A stretch of DNA of 64,000 nt from Pedobacter sp. (lineage in GTDB: Bacteria > Pseudomonadota > Gammaproteobacteria > Pseudomonadales > Moraxellaceae): the NCBI GenBank assembly GCA_031119295.1, contig JAVHYE010000001.1:671-64670 (forward strand), given 5' to 3'. Both the position numbers and the translations under genes were made by a program. The notes under the pieces were generated by a model. That model worked only from the letters and a program-made list of their open reading frames with translations. It did not search any database and was not told the DNA's origin. Positions 9,316 to 18,308 of this stretch are shown here, in pieces (position 1 is the first letter of the stretch; each line of letters starts with the position of its first letter).

Positions 9316-10509
9316 ATGCGGTCATCTCTTATCTTCCGTACCGGGGTGGCACTTGCTGCGCTGCTGCTGGCCACTACGGCCACAGCGACCCAGCTCGACA
9401 TGACCCCGGGCGTGACGGAGATCAGCCAAGAGGTTTTCAAACTTCATCGCTTCATGCTGTACATCTGTATCGCCATCGGCGTGGGTGTATTCGGCGTGAT
9501 GTTTTACTCCATCTTTCATCACCGCAAGTCCAAGGGCGCCAAGGCCGCTGACTTCCACGAAAGCACCCTGGTGGAAGTGATCTGGACTGTCATTCCCTTC
9601 GTCATCCTCATCGTCATGGCCGTGCCCGCCACCCGCGTGCTGGTAGCCATGAGTGATACCGGCGATGCCGACCTCACCATCCGTGTGACTGGTTCGCAGT
9701 GGAAGTGGCACTACGAATATCTTTCCTACGGCAAAGAAAAAGACGTAGGTCTCGGTTTCTACTCCGTACTGTCCACACCGCGTGAGCAGTACGAGCATCA
9801 GGGCAAAGGCCTGCTCAATATGAGCAAGAACCAGCCTGACTTTGAAAAGAGCCCGCATTACCTGCTGGAAGTGGACAAGCCGCTGATCATTCCTACCGGC
9901 AAGAAAGTGCGCTTCCTGGTTACCTCTGATGATGTGATCCACGCCTGGTGGGTGCCGGACTTCGCGCTCAAGCGCGACGCCATCCCCGGCTTCATCAATG
10001 AAATCTGGACCGATGTGCCTGCCGGCAAGGAAGGCGTGTACCGCGGTCGCTGCGCCGAGCTTTGCGGCAAGGATCACGCCTTCATGCCCATCGTGGTGGA
10101 AGCGAAGTCGCAGGCTGATTTCGATGCCTGGCTGAAGGACGCCAAGGTCAAGGCCGAAGAAGAAGCCAAGGCCGCTGCCAACTCGGCGGATTACAAGTTT
10201 GCCGATCTGGCGGAAGCCAACAAGCTGGGCGAAGAGGTTTACAACAGCCACTGTGCCGCCTGCCACCAGGTCAACGGTGCCGGCCTGCCACCCATGTTCC
10301 CTGCACTCAAGGGCTCCAAGATTGCGACCGACAAGGCCCATGTGGACACCCACATCCATGTCGTGGTTGCCGGCAAGAACGCCATGCCGGCCTGGAAGGG
10401 CATGCTGACTCCCAAGGAGTTGGCCGCTGTCATCACTTACGAACGTAACGCATGGGGCAATAACACGGGTGATCTCGTGCAGCCCTCTGACGTTGCCGCT
10501 TCCAAGTAA
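9316..10509 (+). CDS. coxB: Cytochrome c oxidase subunit II with a fused C-terminal cytochrome c domain
   Basis: Start moved to the ATG at 9316 (SD aagggga upstream; signal-like MRSSLIFRTGVALAALLLA). CuA site CAELCGKDHAFM. C-terminal haem motif CAACH. Confidence 0.93.
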   Translation: MRSSLIFRTGVALAALLLATTATATQLDMTPGVTEISQEVFKLHRFMLYICIAIGVGVFGVMFYSIFHHRKSKGAKAADFHESTLVEVIWTVIPFVILIVMAVPATRVLVAMSDTGDADLTIRVTGSQWKWHYEYLSYGKEKDVGLGFYSVLSTPREQYEHQGKGLLNMSKNQPDFEKSPHYLLEVDKPLIIPTGKKVRFLVTSDDVIHAWWVPDFALKRDAIPGFINEIWTDVPAGKEGVYRGRCAELCGKDHAFMPIVVEAKSQADFDAWLKDAKVKAEEEAKAAANSADYKFADLAEANKLGEEVYNSHCAACHQVNGAGLPPMFPALKGSKIATDKAHVDTHIHVVVAGKNAMPAWKGMLTPKELAAVITYERNAWGNNTGDLVQPSDVAASK

Positions 10510-10527
10510 TCAGGGGAGAGAAAAGAA

Positions 10528-12123
10528 ATGGGTCACGCTGCTTCCCACGATCATCACGACGATCACCACCACGAACTGGCGCCATTCTGGAAGCGCATGT
10601 TCACCACATCGAACCACAAAGACATCGGTTCGATGTACCTGATCTTCGCTTTCATCATGCTGCTCTGCGGCGGCTCTGCCGCCATGGTCATCCGCGCCGA
10701 GCTGATGTACCCGGGCCTGCAGCTGGTGCAGCCGGATTTCTTCAACCAGATGACGACCGTGCACGGCCTCATCATGGTCTTCGGCGCCATCATGCCGGCC
10801 TTCACGGGCTTTGCTAACTGGATGGTGCCCATGATGATAGGCGCGCCCGACATGGCGCTGCCACGTCTGAACCTGTTCAGTTTCTGGCTGCTGCCCTTTG
10901 CGTTCAGCATCCTGATTTTCTCCGTCATCATGTCCATTCTCGGCCATGGCGCGGCACCGAATTTCGGCTGGACCTTCTACGCACCGCTGTCGACCAAGTT
11001 CGCCCCGGCCAGCACCGACTTCTTCATCTTCTCCGTGCACCTGATGGGTATTTCTTCCATCCTCGGCGCCATCAACGTGGTCGTGACGATTTTCAATCTG
11101 CGCGCCCCCGGCATGACCTTCATGAAGATGCCGCTGTTCGTGTGGACTTGGCTCATCACCGCCTTCCTGCTGATCGCCGTGATGCCGGTGCTCGCCGGTG
11201 TGGTGACCATGATGCTGACCGACCGTCATTTCGGCACCAGCTTCTTCGATGCCGCCGGTGGTGGTGATCCCGTGATGTTCCAGCATATTTTCTGGTTCTT
11301 CGGGCACCCCGAGGTGTACATCATGATTCTGCCGTCCTTCGGCATCGTCTCGGCCGTGATCCCGACCTTCGCGCGCAAGCCGTTGTTCGGTTACGCCTCC
11401 ATGGTTTACGCCACCGCCTCCATCGCGCTGCTCTCCTTCGTGGTGTGGGCTCACCACATGTTCACCACCGGCCTGCCTCTCGCTGGCGCGCTGTTCTACA
11501 TGTACATGACCATGCTCATCTCCGTGCCCACCGGCGTGAAGGTGTTCAACTGGGTCGCCACCATGTGGAAGGGCTCCATGACTTTCGAAGCACCGATGCT
11601 GTTTGCCATCGCCTTCGTGATTCTCTTCTCCATCGGCGGTTTCTCCGGTCTGATGCTCGCCATTACCCCGGCTGACCAGCAGTACCAGGATGCCTATTTC
11701 GTGGTGGCGCATTTCCACTATGTACTGGTGTCTGGTGCGCTCTTCTCCATGTTCGCTGGTGCTTATTACTGGCTGCCGAAGTGGACCGGCCATATGTACA
11801 ACACCAAGCTGGCCAACTGGCACTTCTGGAATTCCCTGCTGTCCGTGAACCTGCTGTTCTTCCCCATGCACTTCGTGGGTCTGGCCGGCATGCCGCGTCG
11901 CTATGCCGACTACTCGCAGCAGTTCGCCGATCTCAATTTCTGGATTTCCATTGGCGGCTTCTGGTTCGGTCTGTCGCAGCTGCTTTTCCTGGCAGTGCTG
12001 CTGACTGCCAAGAAGGGCCCGAAAGTGGATGCCCAGGTATGGGAAGGTGCAGAAGGTCTGGAATGGACCGTGCCCAGCCCGGCGCCTTACCACACGTTTG
12101 AAGATCCTCCTGTCGTCAAGTAA
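10528..12123 (+). CDS. ctaD: Cytochrome c oxidase subunit I
   Basis: 531 aa, polytopic. Motifs WFFGHPEVYIMILP and HHMFTTG are typical of haem-copper oxidase subunit I. Confidence 0.97.
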   Translation: MGHAASHDHHDDHHHELAPFWKRMFTTSNHKDIGSMYLIFAFIMLLCGGSAAMVIRAELMYPGLQLVQPDFFNQMTTVHGLIMVFGAIMPAFTGFANWMVPMMIGAPDMALPRLNLFSFWLLPFAFSILIFSVIMSILGHGAAPNFGWTFYAPLSTKFAPASTDFFIFSVHLMGISSILGAINVVVTIFNLRAPGMTFMKMPLFVWTWLITAFLLIAVMPVLAGVVTMMLTDRHFGTSFFDAAGGGDPVMFQHIFWFFGHPEVYIMILPSFGIVSAVIPTFARKPLFGYASMVYATASIALLSFVVWAHHMFTTGLPLAGALFYMYMTMLISVPTGVKVFNWVATMWKGSMTFEAPMLFAIAFVILFSIGGFSGLMLAITPADQQYQDAYFVVAHFHYVLVSGALFSMFAGAYYWLPKWTGHMYNTKLANWHFWNSLLSVNLLFFPMHFVGLAGMPRRYADYSQQFADLNFWISIGGFWFGLSQLLFLAVLLTAKKGPKVDAQVWEGAEGLEWTVPSPAPYHTFEDPPVVK

Positions 12124-12185
12124 GCGGCAGGCGTAAAAGATTTTGCCGGGCATGGATGCTCGTCACCTGAAGGTGCTGTGACGGC

Positions 12186-12740
12186 ATGAGCGAGGCGCAG
12201 AAAAAGGCAGAGCCCACGACCGCCGAGAGTAATCGGCGTTTACTGGTCCGGTTGGGACTGGTGGTGGTGGGGATGTTTGTTTTTGCCGTCTTCCTCATGC
12301 CGCCGATTTACGATGCCTTTTGCGAGCTCACCGGCCTTAATGGCAAGGGCTCGAACAAGGCAGCAGTGGCTTCGGTGCGGGAAGATGATTCCCGGACAGT
12401 GAATGTAGAGTTTCTGGTGGATACGGATGCGGCTTTGCCCTGGGAATTCCGCAAGGGTGAGCCGGCAGTCAGTGTGCATCCGGGGGTCATCACGAAAACG
12501 ATGTTTTACGTGAAAAACCTGGACGGCAAAGCGGTGACAGGAAGGGCCATTCCCTCGATTTCACCGAATGAAGCTGCCAAGTATTTGAAGAAGACGGAGT
12601 GCTTCTGCTTTCAGGAGCAGCGCCTGGATGGTGGTGAAGAAAAAGAAATGCCCATGATCTTTTATGTGGATCCGGCAATTCCCAAGCACATCACCACCAT
12701 CACGCTCTCCTACAAGTTTTATAACATGAACAAACCCTGA
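12186..12740 (+). CDS. ctaG: Cytochrome c oxidase assembly protein CtaG/Cox11
   Basis: 184 aa with an N-terminal TM helix and the Cox11 copper motif TECFCFQEQ. Confidence 0.93.
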   Translation: MSEAQKKAEPTTAESNRRLLVRLGLVVVGMFVFAVFLMPPIYDAFCELTGLNGKGSNKAAVASVREDDSRTVNVEFLVDTDAALPWEFRKGEPAVSVHPGVITKTMFYVKNLDGKAVTGRAIPSISPNEAAKYLKKTECFCFQEQRLDGGEEKEMPMIFYVDPAIPKHITTITLSYKFYNMNKP

Positions 12741-12757
12741 GCGAAGGGAGACAACAG

Positions 12758-13693
12758 ATGTCTGAGCACCACAGCCCCGCCGCAAGCGGCGAGAAGCCAA
12801 CCCGTTATTACGTGCCGGCCTCCAGTCCCTGGCCCATGCTGGGATCCTTCATTCTTTTCATTCTGGTCATTGGTGCCGGCAGCCTGATCCAGGGCCATGG
12901 CGTGACGGATCTCAGCCATGGTCTGCAGTCCAATGGCGCCGGCAAATTCTGGTGGCTTTTCCCCATCGGTCTTTTCGGTGTGTTCTTCCTGATGTGGCGC
13001 TGGTTCGGCGACACCGTGCGCGAAAGTCTGGGGAACAAGAACTCCGCGCAGATGGACCGCTCCTACCGTCAGGGCATGACCTGGTTCATCTTCTCCGAAG
13101 TGATGTTCTTCGCAGCCTTCTTCGGTGCCCTGTTCTATGCCCGCTGGCTGATCGTGCCTTGGCTGGGTGGTGAAGGCTCTCGTGGCATGATGACACATGA
13201 AGTGCTGTGGCCCGACTTCCAGGCCATGTGGCCACTGGTGAAGACTCCGGCCGGCACAGTGACCGAGGCCATGAGCCCTTGGGGCCTGCCTTTCATCAAT
13301 ACCGTCATCCTGCTGATTTCTTCCGTGACCCTGACGATTTCGCACCATGCCCTGCTGGTGGGTGATCGCGCCAAGCAGCGCAACTTCCTGGCAGTCACTT
13401 TCATCCTCGGCCTGATCTTCCTGGGCCTGCAGGCTGAAGAATATATCCACGCTTACACCCATATGGGTCTGACGCTGAAGTCCGGTATCTACGGCTCCAC
13501 CTTCTTCATGCTCACCGGCTTCCACGGCCTGCATGTGACCATCGGCACCATCATGCTGATCATCATGTTCGTGCGTACGCTGAAGGGCCATCTGACACCG
13601 GACAACCATTTCGCGTTTGAAGCAGCGGCATGGTACTGGCACTTTGTGGACGTGGTGTGGCTATTCCTCTTCGTGGCGGTCTACTGGTTCTGA
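12758..13693 (+). CDS. coxC: Cytochrome c oxidase subunit III
   Basis: 311 aa, 7-TM. GSTFFMLTGFHGLHVTIGT and AAAWYWHFVDVVWLFLF are typical of subunit III. Confidence 0.95.
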   Translation: MSEHHSPAASGEKPTRYYVPASSPWPMLGSFILFILVIGAGSLIQGHGVTDLSHGLQSNGAGKFWWLFPIGLFGVFFLMWRWFGDTVRESLGNKNSAQMDRSYRQGMTWFIFSEVMFFAAFFGALFYARWLIVPWLGGEGSRGMMTHEVLWPDFQAMWPLVKTPAGTVTEAMSPWGLPFINTVILLISSVTLTISHHALLVGDRAKQRNFLAVTFILGLIFLGLQAEEYIHAYTHMGLTLKSGIYGSTFFMLTGFHGLHVTIGTIMLIIMFVRTLKGHLTPDNHFAFEAAAWYWHFVDVVWLFLFVAVYWF

Positions 13694-13715
13694 CCGCTGC
13701 TTACGCAGGCTGCAC

Positions 13716-13749
13716 AAAAAAGCCCGGATTTATCCGGGCTTTTGTTTTT
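13716..13749. terminator. Bidirectional intrinsic terminator after coxC / after the DUF2909 gene
   Basis: aaaaaAGCCCGGAtttaTCCGGGCTtttgttttt: 8-bp stem flanked by an A-run and a T-run. Confidence 0.75.
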
Positions 13750-13796
13750 CAATGCGGGCCGGCATGGCCGGTTGCATGAGTTTGCGGGCTTTGCTC

Positions 13797-14045
13797 TTAG
13801 CGCGGTGCTGTCGCGGTGGCGGCGGGCACTTGTACCTGTGGCAGACCATGTGGAGCGATAAGGCCGAACCAGGACGCGATGAACAGGCCGAGAATGATGG
13901 CGATGGAAAAGCCCAGTCGCCAGATCAGGAATTTCAGGGTTTTTTGCGACTCACCGGGGCCGCCCTTCATCAGGTGGTAAAGCGCAGTAAACAGGCTGAA
14001 GAGCACGGCCAGCATGGCCAGCAGCACGATGATCTTGATCCACAT
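13797..14045 (-). CDS. Small twin-TM protein (DUF2909-like) of cytochrome oxidase clusters
   Basis: Start moved to the ATG (comp. 14043-14045): MWIKIIVLLAMLAVLFSLFTALYHLMKGGPG..., 82 aa with two TM helices. Conserved position between coxC and SURF1. Confidence 0.7.
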   Translation of the reverse strand: MWIKIIVLLAMLAVLFSLFTALYHLMKGGPGESQKTLKFLIWRLGFSIAIILGLFIASWFGLIAPHGLPQVQVPAATATAPR

Positions 14046-14112
14046 GGCAAAACCTTTTGGTCTGGCCCGGCCGCGCAGGCGGCGGGAGTCGGCGAGTGCG
14101 GGAGTGTAATTG

Positions 14113-14877
14113 ATGCGAGGCCTGCTCACTAAGCAATTGCGTATCCGCATGGGCAGCCGTGTCTGGCAGCCGCGTCTGGGTATCTTGTTGCTGGGCCTGC
14201 TGGCGGTGGCGTTTTTCTGTCGCCTGGGCTTCTGGCAAATGGGGCGTGCGCTGGAGAAGGAGCAGATGACCGCACGCTATGAGCAGCGCCTGCATCTGCC
14301 GCCTCTCTCCTTGTCGCAGTTGCTGGCACAAGGCGCCGATCTGGAAGATTTTCCGGTGCGTTTGCAGGGGCGCTATGACAATAGCCGTCTCGTCTATCTC
14401 GACAACCAGCCCCATGGCCCCGTCGCCGGCTTTCATGTCTATACCGTGTTTTTCCCCGATGGCGATTCCAACGGCATTCTGGTCAACCGTGGCTGGGTGC
14501 CGGTAGGCAGCGATTTCCAGAAACTGCCGCCTGTGCCGGTTGCTGAGGCGGCCGTGGTCACCGGCAGCGTGGCCCTGCCATCCCCTTATTTCACCGTGGG
14601 TGAACCGGATTACCGGCAACGTCCCCTGCGCGTTTCCCGTCTGGAGATGTCGCCGTTATCGGCGGCGCTTGGTGTACAATTGCGCCCCTTTGTCATACGG
14701 CTGGATGCGGCCGCGGCCGATGGTTTCCGCCGTGAATGGTCGCCGGCAGCCCGTCTGGGCATGCCCCCGGAAAAGCACCGGGCCTATGCCTTCCAGTGGT
14801 TCAGTCTGGCCTTCACCGTGCTGGTGGTGCTGGTGGTCGTGAACCTGCGCAAGAGCGGTAGTCGAAACGATGAGTGA
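14113..14877 (+). CDS. SURF1 family cytochrome oxidase biogenesis protein
   Basis: 254 aa from the ATG at 14113 (the track start at 14110 is TTG). TM helices at both ends, with ILVNRGWVP and HRAYAFQWFSLA motifs typical of SURF1/Shy1. Confidence 0.85.
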   Translation: MRGLLTKQLRIRMGSRVWQPRLGILLLGLLAVAFFCRLGFWQMGRALEKEQMTARYEQRLHLPPLSLSQLLAQGADLEDFPVRLQGRYDNSRLVYLDNQPHGPVAGFHVYTVFFPDGDSNGILVNRGWVPVGSDFQKLPPVPVAEAAVVTGSVALPSPYFTVGEPDYRQRPLRVSRLEMSPLSAALGVQLRPFVIRLDAAAADGFRREWSPAARLGMPPEKHRAYAFQWFSLAFTVLVVLVVVNLRKSGSRNDE

Positions 14878-15514
14878 AAAGATTCCCGCGAGCCCGGTCA
14901 ATCCGGCACAGGCTCGCAAGAACAAGATCCTGCTGCTGCTTTTGCTGGCCAGCTTTGTTGTGCCCTTTATCGTGGGCGAATTTGCCTACAAGAAGCATTG
15001 GTACAAGGGGGGCGAGACCAACAAGGGCCAGCTGTTGCAGCCGCCCCTGGCTTTTGCCGAACTGCAGGCCCGTGCTGCGGATGGCAAGACGCTGGATGTG
15101 ACCTTTGCCAAGGACAGCTGGTGGATGCTCTATGTGCTGCCCGCTGATTGTGCCGCTGCTTGCCGCAACCGTCTTTTCCAGATGCGCCAGTCACCGCTGG
15201 CACTGGGCAAGGAGGGCGATCGTCTGCGCGCCGTGCTCGTGGTAACCGGGCCGATAGCGGCAGAAACCGAAGACCTGCTGCAAAAGGAATTTTCCGCTTT
15301 CCAGCGGGTCCAAGCTTCGATTGCTCAGGTCGACAAGGTGATGGCGCCCGCGACAGCCAATGCCAGTCAGGCCGGTCTGCTTTACCTCATGGATCCCATG
15401 GGCTGGATCATGCTGACTTATCCGCCGGAAGCGGATGAGAAAACCTCCATCATCAAGGCAGAGGACGCGCTTGATGACCTGCGAAAAATGCTGAAGAACT
15501 CCCGAATTGGCTAA
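14870..15514 (+). CDS. Oxidase-cluster membrane protein with a Sco-like CxxxC motif
   Basis: 214 aa with an N-terminal TM helix (ILLLLLLASFVVPFIVGEF). WWMLYVLPADCAAACRNRLFQMRQ resembles the Sco1/SenC W.L.YFG...CP..CP region. 8-nt overlaps with SURF1 (upstream) and ctaA (downstream). Confidence 0.65.
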   Translation: MSEKIPASPVNPAQARKNKILLLLLLASFVVPFIVGEFAYKKHWYKGGETNKGQLLQPPLAFAELQARAADGKTLDVTFAKDSWWMLYVLPADCAAACRNRLFQMRQSPLALGKEGDRLRAVLVVTGPIAAETEDLLQKEFSAFQRVQASIAQVDKVMAPATANASQAGLLYLMDPMGWIMLTYPPEADEKTSIIKAEDALDDLRKMLKNSRIG

Positions 15515-16640
15515 CTCCACTTTCCGGCCCACGAGCGGGGCGCGACTCTGGCTGACACGGCTGGCGGTCATCACCGTATTCATCACCGCCATTGTGGTGG
15601 CGCTGGGCGCCTGGACGCGTTTGTCCGATGCTGGCCTCGGCTGCCCGGACTGGCCGACCTGCTATGGCTCCATCACGGTGCCGCTGTCCGAGCAGGCCAT
15701 TGCGCGTGCGCATGAGCTGTACCCGGATCAGCCATTTGTGGCGGCCAAAGCCTGGCCGGAAATGATCCATCGCCATTTCGCCAAGACCATAGGCCTGCTC
15801 TGTATCGCCATGGCGGGCTTTGCGATTTATGCCGCGCGCCGTGAAAAGGATGTGCCGGTCAAACACGCCGTTTTCCTGCTCTTGCTGGTCTGTCTCCAGG
15901 GCGCCTTCGGTGCCTGGACGGTGACCATGAAACTGTTCCCGCCCGTGGTCACCGGGCATCTGCTTTTCGGCTTTGCCAGTTTCACCACCATGTTCCTGCT
16001 GGCCCTGCGTCTTTCGCCTTTCCTGCGCAGCAGTGGCGATGTGGCGGCCCGCAAACTGCTGCCGTTGGCCGTGCTGGCCATGCTGGTGCTGGTGTTGCAG
16101 ATTGCGCTCGGAGGCTGGACGGCTTCCAACTATGCCGCCACGGTTTGTATTGAGTTGCCGGTGTGTCAGTCGGGCTGGCAGCAGTGGCTGAATTTCCCGG
16201 ATGCCTTTGCCATACACACCTACGAAGGCACTACCTTTGAATTTGCGCCGCATCTGGATGCGGCCGCCAAGCTCACCATCCATGTCAGCCATCGCATTGG
16301 TGCCATGGTGACTACGGCCGTGCTGTTCCTGCTGGCGCTTTTGCTGCTGGCGCGTGGCGCAGGCCGTTATCGCCGTTTTGCCTGGACCTTGTTGCTGGTG
16401 CTGGCGTTGCAGGTGGGGCTGGGTGTTTCCAATATCGTGTTCCATTTGCCGCTGGCGGTGGCGGTGGCGCATAACGTGGTGGCCTTGCTGCTCTTGCAAG
16501 TGCTGGTGGCTCTGACTTTCAGCTTGAGCCAGGAGCGAGCGCCGCAAATTGCCAAAGCGGTTGCCCGTCAGCCCAGACCCCAGTTCCAGTCTCAGCGTGG
16601 CCGTCGCCAAACGGCACGCCCGGAGCGTAAAAAATCATGA
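15507..16640 (+). CDS. ctaA: Haem A synthase COX15/CtaA
   Basis: 377 aa, polytopic. [12 protein letters not shown] and conserved His in the TM helices. The annotated start at 15507 is TTG and there is no nearby ATG. Confidence 0.9.
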   Translation: MANSTFRPTSGARLWLTRLAVITVFITAIVVALGAWTRLSDAGLGCPDWPTCYGSITVPLSEQAIARAHELYPDQPFVAAKAWPEMIHRHFAKTIGLLCIAMAGFAIYAARREKDVPVKHAVFLLLLVCLQGAFGAWTVTMKLFPPVVTGHLLFGFASFTTMFLLALRLSPFLRSSGDVAARKLLPLAVLAMLVLVLQIALGGWTASNYAATVCIELPVCQSGWQQWLNFPDAFAIHTYEGTTFEFAPHLDAAAKLTIHVSHRIGAMVTTAVLFLLALLLLARGAGRYRRFAWTLLLVLALQVGLGVSNIVFHLPLAVAVAHNVVALLLLQVLVALTFSLSQERAPQIAKAVARQPRPQFQSQRGRRQTARPERKKS

Positions 16641-17542
16641 CGACTCTCATCGAGAAACCGGCAGTGGATAAGCCGCTGTGGCGCGCCTACTGGGAGCTGA
16701 CCAAGCCAGGCGTAGTTGCCCTGCTTATGGTGACGGCTGTGATAGGCATGTTCCTGGCCACGCCCGGTATGGTGCCGCTGCGCGTGCTGGTGCTGGGCTC
16801 GCTGGGCCTAGCCCTGTCCATGATGGCTTCAGCCGTGGTGAACCAGGTCATGGATCAGCGCATCGATGCCATCATGGCGCGTACGCAGAATCGTCCCTTG
16901 GTTGAGGGGCGCGTCAACACGCGTGCAGCGCTCTTTTTTGCCGCTGTGCTCTGCGTGCTGTCCCTGCTTATCCTGGATGTTTTCATCAATCGCCTGACGG
17001 CGGTGCTGACGTTCTTCGGCATCGTCGGCTACGCCTTCGTCTATACGCTCTGGCTCAAACGTGCGACGCCGCAGAATATCGTGATCGGTGGTCTGGCCGG
17101 CGCCATTCCGCCCCTGCTGGGATGGACCGCCGTTACCGGTGAAGTGCATCCACATGCCTTGCTGCTGGTGCTCATCATCTTTGCCTGGACGCCGCCGCAT
17201 TTCTGGGCGCTGGCGATACACCGCCGCGACGAATACGCCAAGGCCGATATCCCCATGCTGCCGGTCACCCATGGTCTGGATTTCACCAAGACTTCGGTGC
17301 TGCTCTATACCGTCATCCTGCTGCTGACCGCGCTGCTGCCCTATCTCACCGGCATGAGCGGCATCATCTATCTGGTCGGCTCCAGCATACTCGGCGCCAT
17401 TTTTCTGGCCTATGCCATCAAGCTCAAGTTCCGCAATGATCCGAAGGTGCCCATGAAGACCTTCGGTTACTCCATCACCTATCTTTTCCTGCTTTTCCTG
17501 CTTTTGCTGGTGGATCACTACTTTCGTATTAATCTGATCTGA
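16637..17542 (+). CDS. cyoE: Protohaem IX farnesyltransferase (haem O synthase)
   Basis: 301 aa of the UbiA family ([20 protein letters not shown]). ATGA overlap with ctaA. Confidence 0.95.
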   Translation: MTTLIEKPAVDKPLWRAYWELTKPGVVALLMVTAVIGMFLATPGMVPLRVLVLGSLGLALSMMASAVVNQVMDQRIDAIMARTQNRPLVEGRVNTRAALFFAAVLCVLSLLILDVFINRLTAVLTFFGIVGYAFVYTLWLKRATPQNIVIGGLAGAIPPLLGWTAVTGEVHPHALLLVLIIFAWTPPHFWALAIHRRDEYAKADIPMLPVTHGLDFTKTSVLLYTVILLLTALLPYLTGMSGIIYLVGSSILGAIFLAYAIKLKFRNDPKVPMKTFGYSITYLFLLFLLLLVDHYFRINLI

Positions 17543-17704
17543 GTGTTGGCAGGCGCGGCGCTTGCCGGTTCTGCCAACTATTCGGCATTCTCTTGTCTCT
17601 CCCGTCCAGCTGCGTAATTTCACGCTAGTAGGGAACTTCCTGCGCTGTTATGTTCCGGCCGTGCTTGTCCATTTGGGTGACAAGTCCTGGAGGGAGAACC
17701 CTGC

Positions 17705-18292
17705 ATGGTCGGTTTGCTGCTGTTTCTCGCGGTACTGGTTGCTATCGCTTTTTACTTTGTTGGGATCTTCAACGGACTGGTAACCCTGCGTAACCGCTTC
17801 AAGAATGCCTACGCCCAGATCGATGTGCAGCTGCAGCGCCGTTACGAGCTGATTCCCAATCTGGTGGAAACCGCCAAGGCCTATCTCGCCCACGAAAAAG
17901 ATACGCTGACCAATGTGATTGCTGCCCGTAACTCGGCCGCTGCGGCTGCGAAAGCCGTGGCCGGTTCGCCGGACAATGCGGCCATGGTAGAGAAGCTGGG
18001 GCAGGCCGAAGGCGTGCTCGGTGCTTCGCTGGGGCGTTTGCTGGCGGTGTCGGAAAGCTATCCCGATCTCAAGGCCAACCAGACCATGCAGCAGCTGATG
18101 GAGGAGTTGTCGTCCACGGAAAACCGTGTCGGCTTTGCCCGCCAGGCCTTTAACGATGCTGTCATGGAGTACAACATCAAGCGCGAGCAGTTCCCCAACT
18201 TCTTCATTGCCGGCGCTTTCGGCTTCCAGCTGGCGGCCCAGCTGGAGATTCCTGACGTGGAAGCGCGCAAGCCGGTCAAAGTGAGCTTCTAA
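17705..18292 (+). CDS. lemA: LemA family protein
   Basis: 195 aa with an N-terminal TM helix. IDVQLQRRYELIPNLVETAK and YPDLKANQTMQQLMEELSSTENRVGFARQAFNDAVMEYN are typical LemA motifs. SD ggaggga upstream. Confidence 0.9.
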   Translation: MVGLLLFLAVLVAIAFYFVGIFNGLVTLRNRFKNAYAQIDVQLQRRYELIPNLVETAKAYLAHEKDTLTNVIAARNSAAAAAKAVAGSPDNAAMVEKLGQAEGVLGASLGRLLAVSESYPDLKANQTMQQLMEELSSTENRVGFARQAFNDAVMEYNIKREQFPNFFIAGAFGFQLAAQLEIPDVEARKPVKVSF

Positions 18293-18308
18293 GTCCGGTC
18301 GCACGCTC

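Noticed and set aside
10510-12153. A 547-aa His-rich ORF antisense to ctaD, plus similar long antisense ORFs at 12719-13642, 15453-16610, 24343-25551, 27638-29605, 35943-37190, 37148-38416 and 44798-46501
   Set aside because: Same codon-bias artefact. Each lies opposite a gene with strong family motifs, and none has a recognisable domain, RBS or independent intergenic space.
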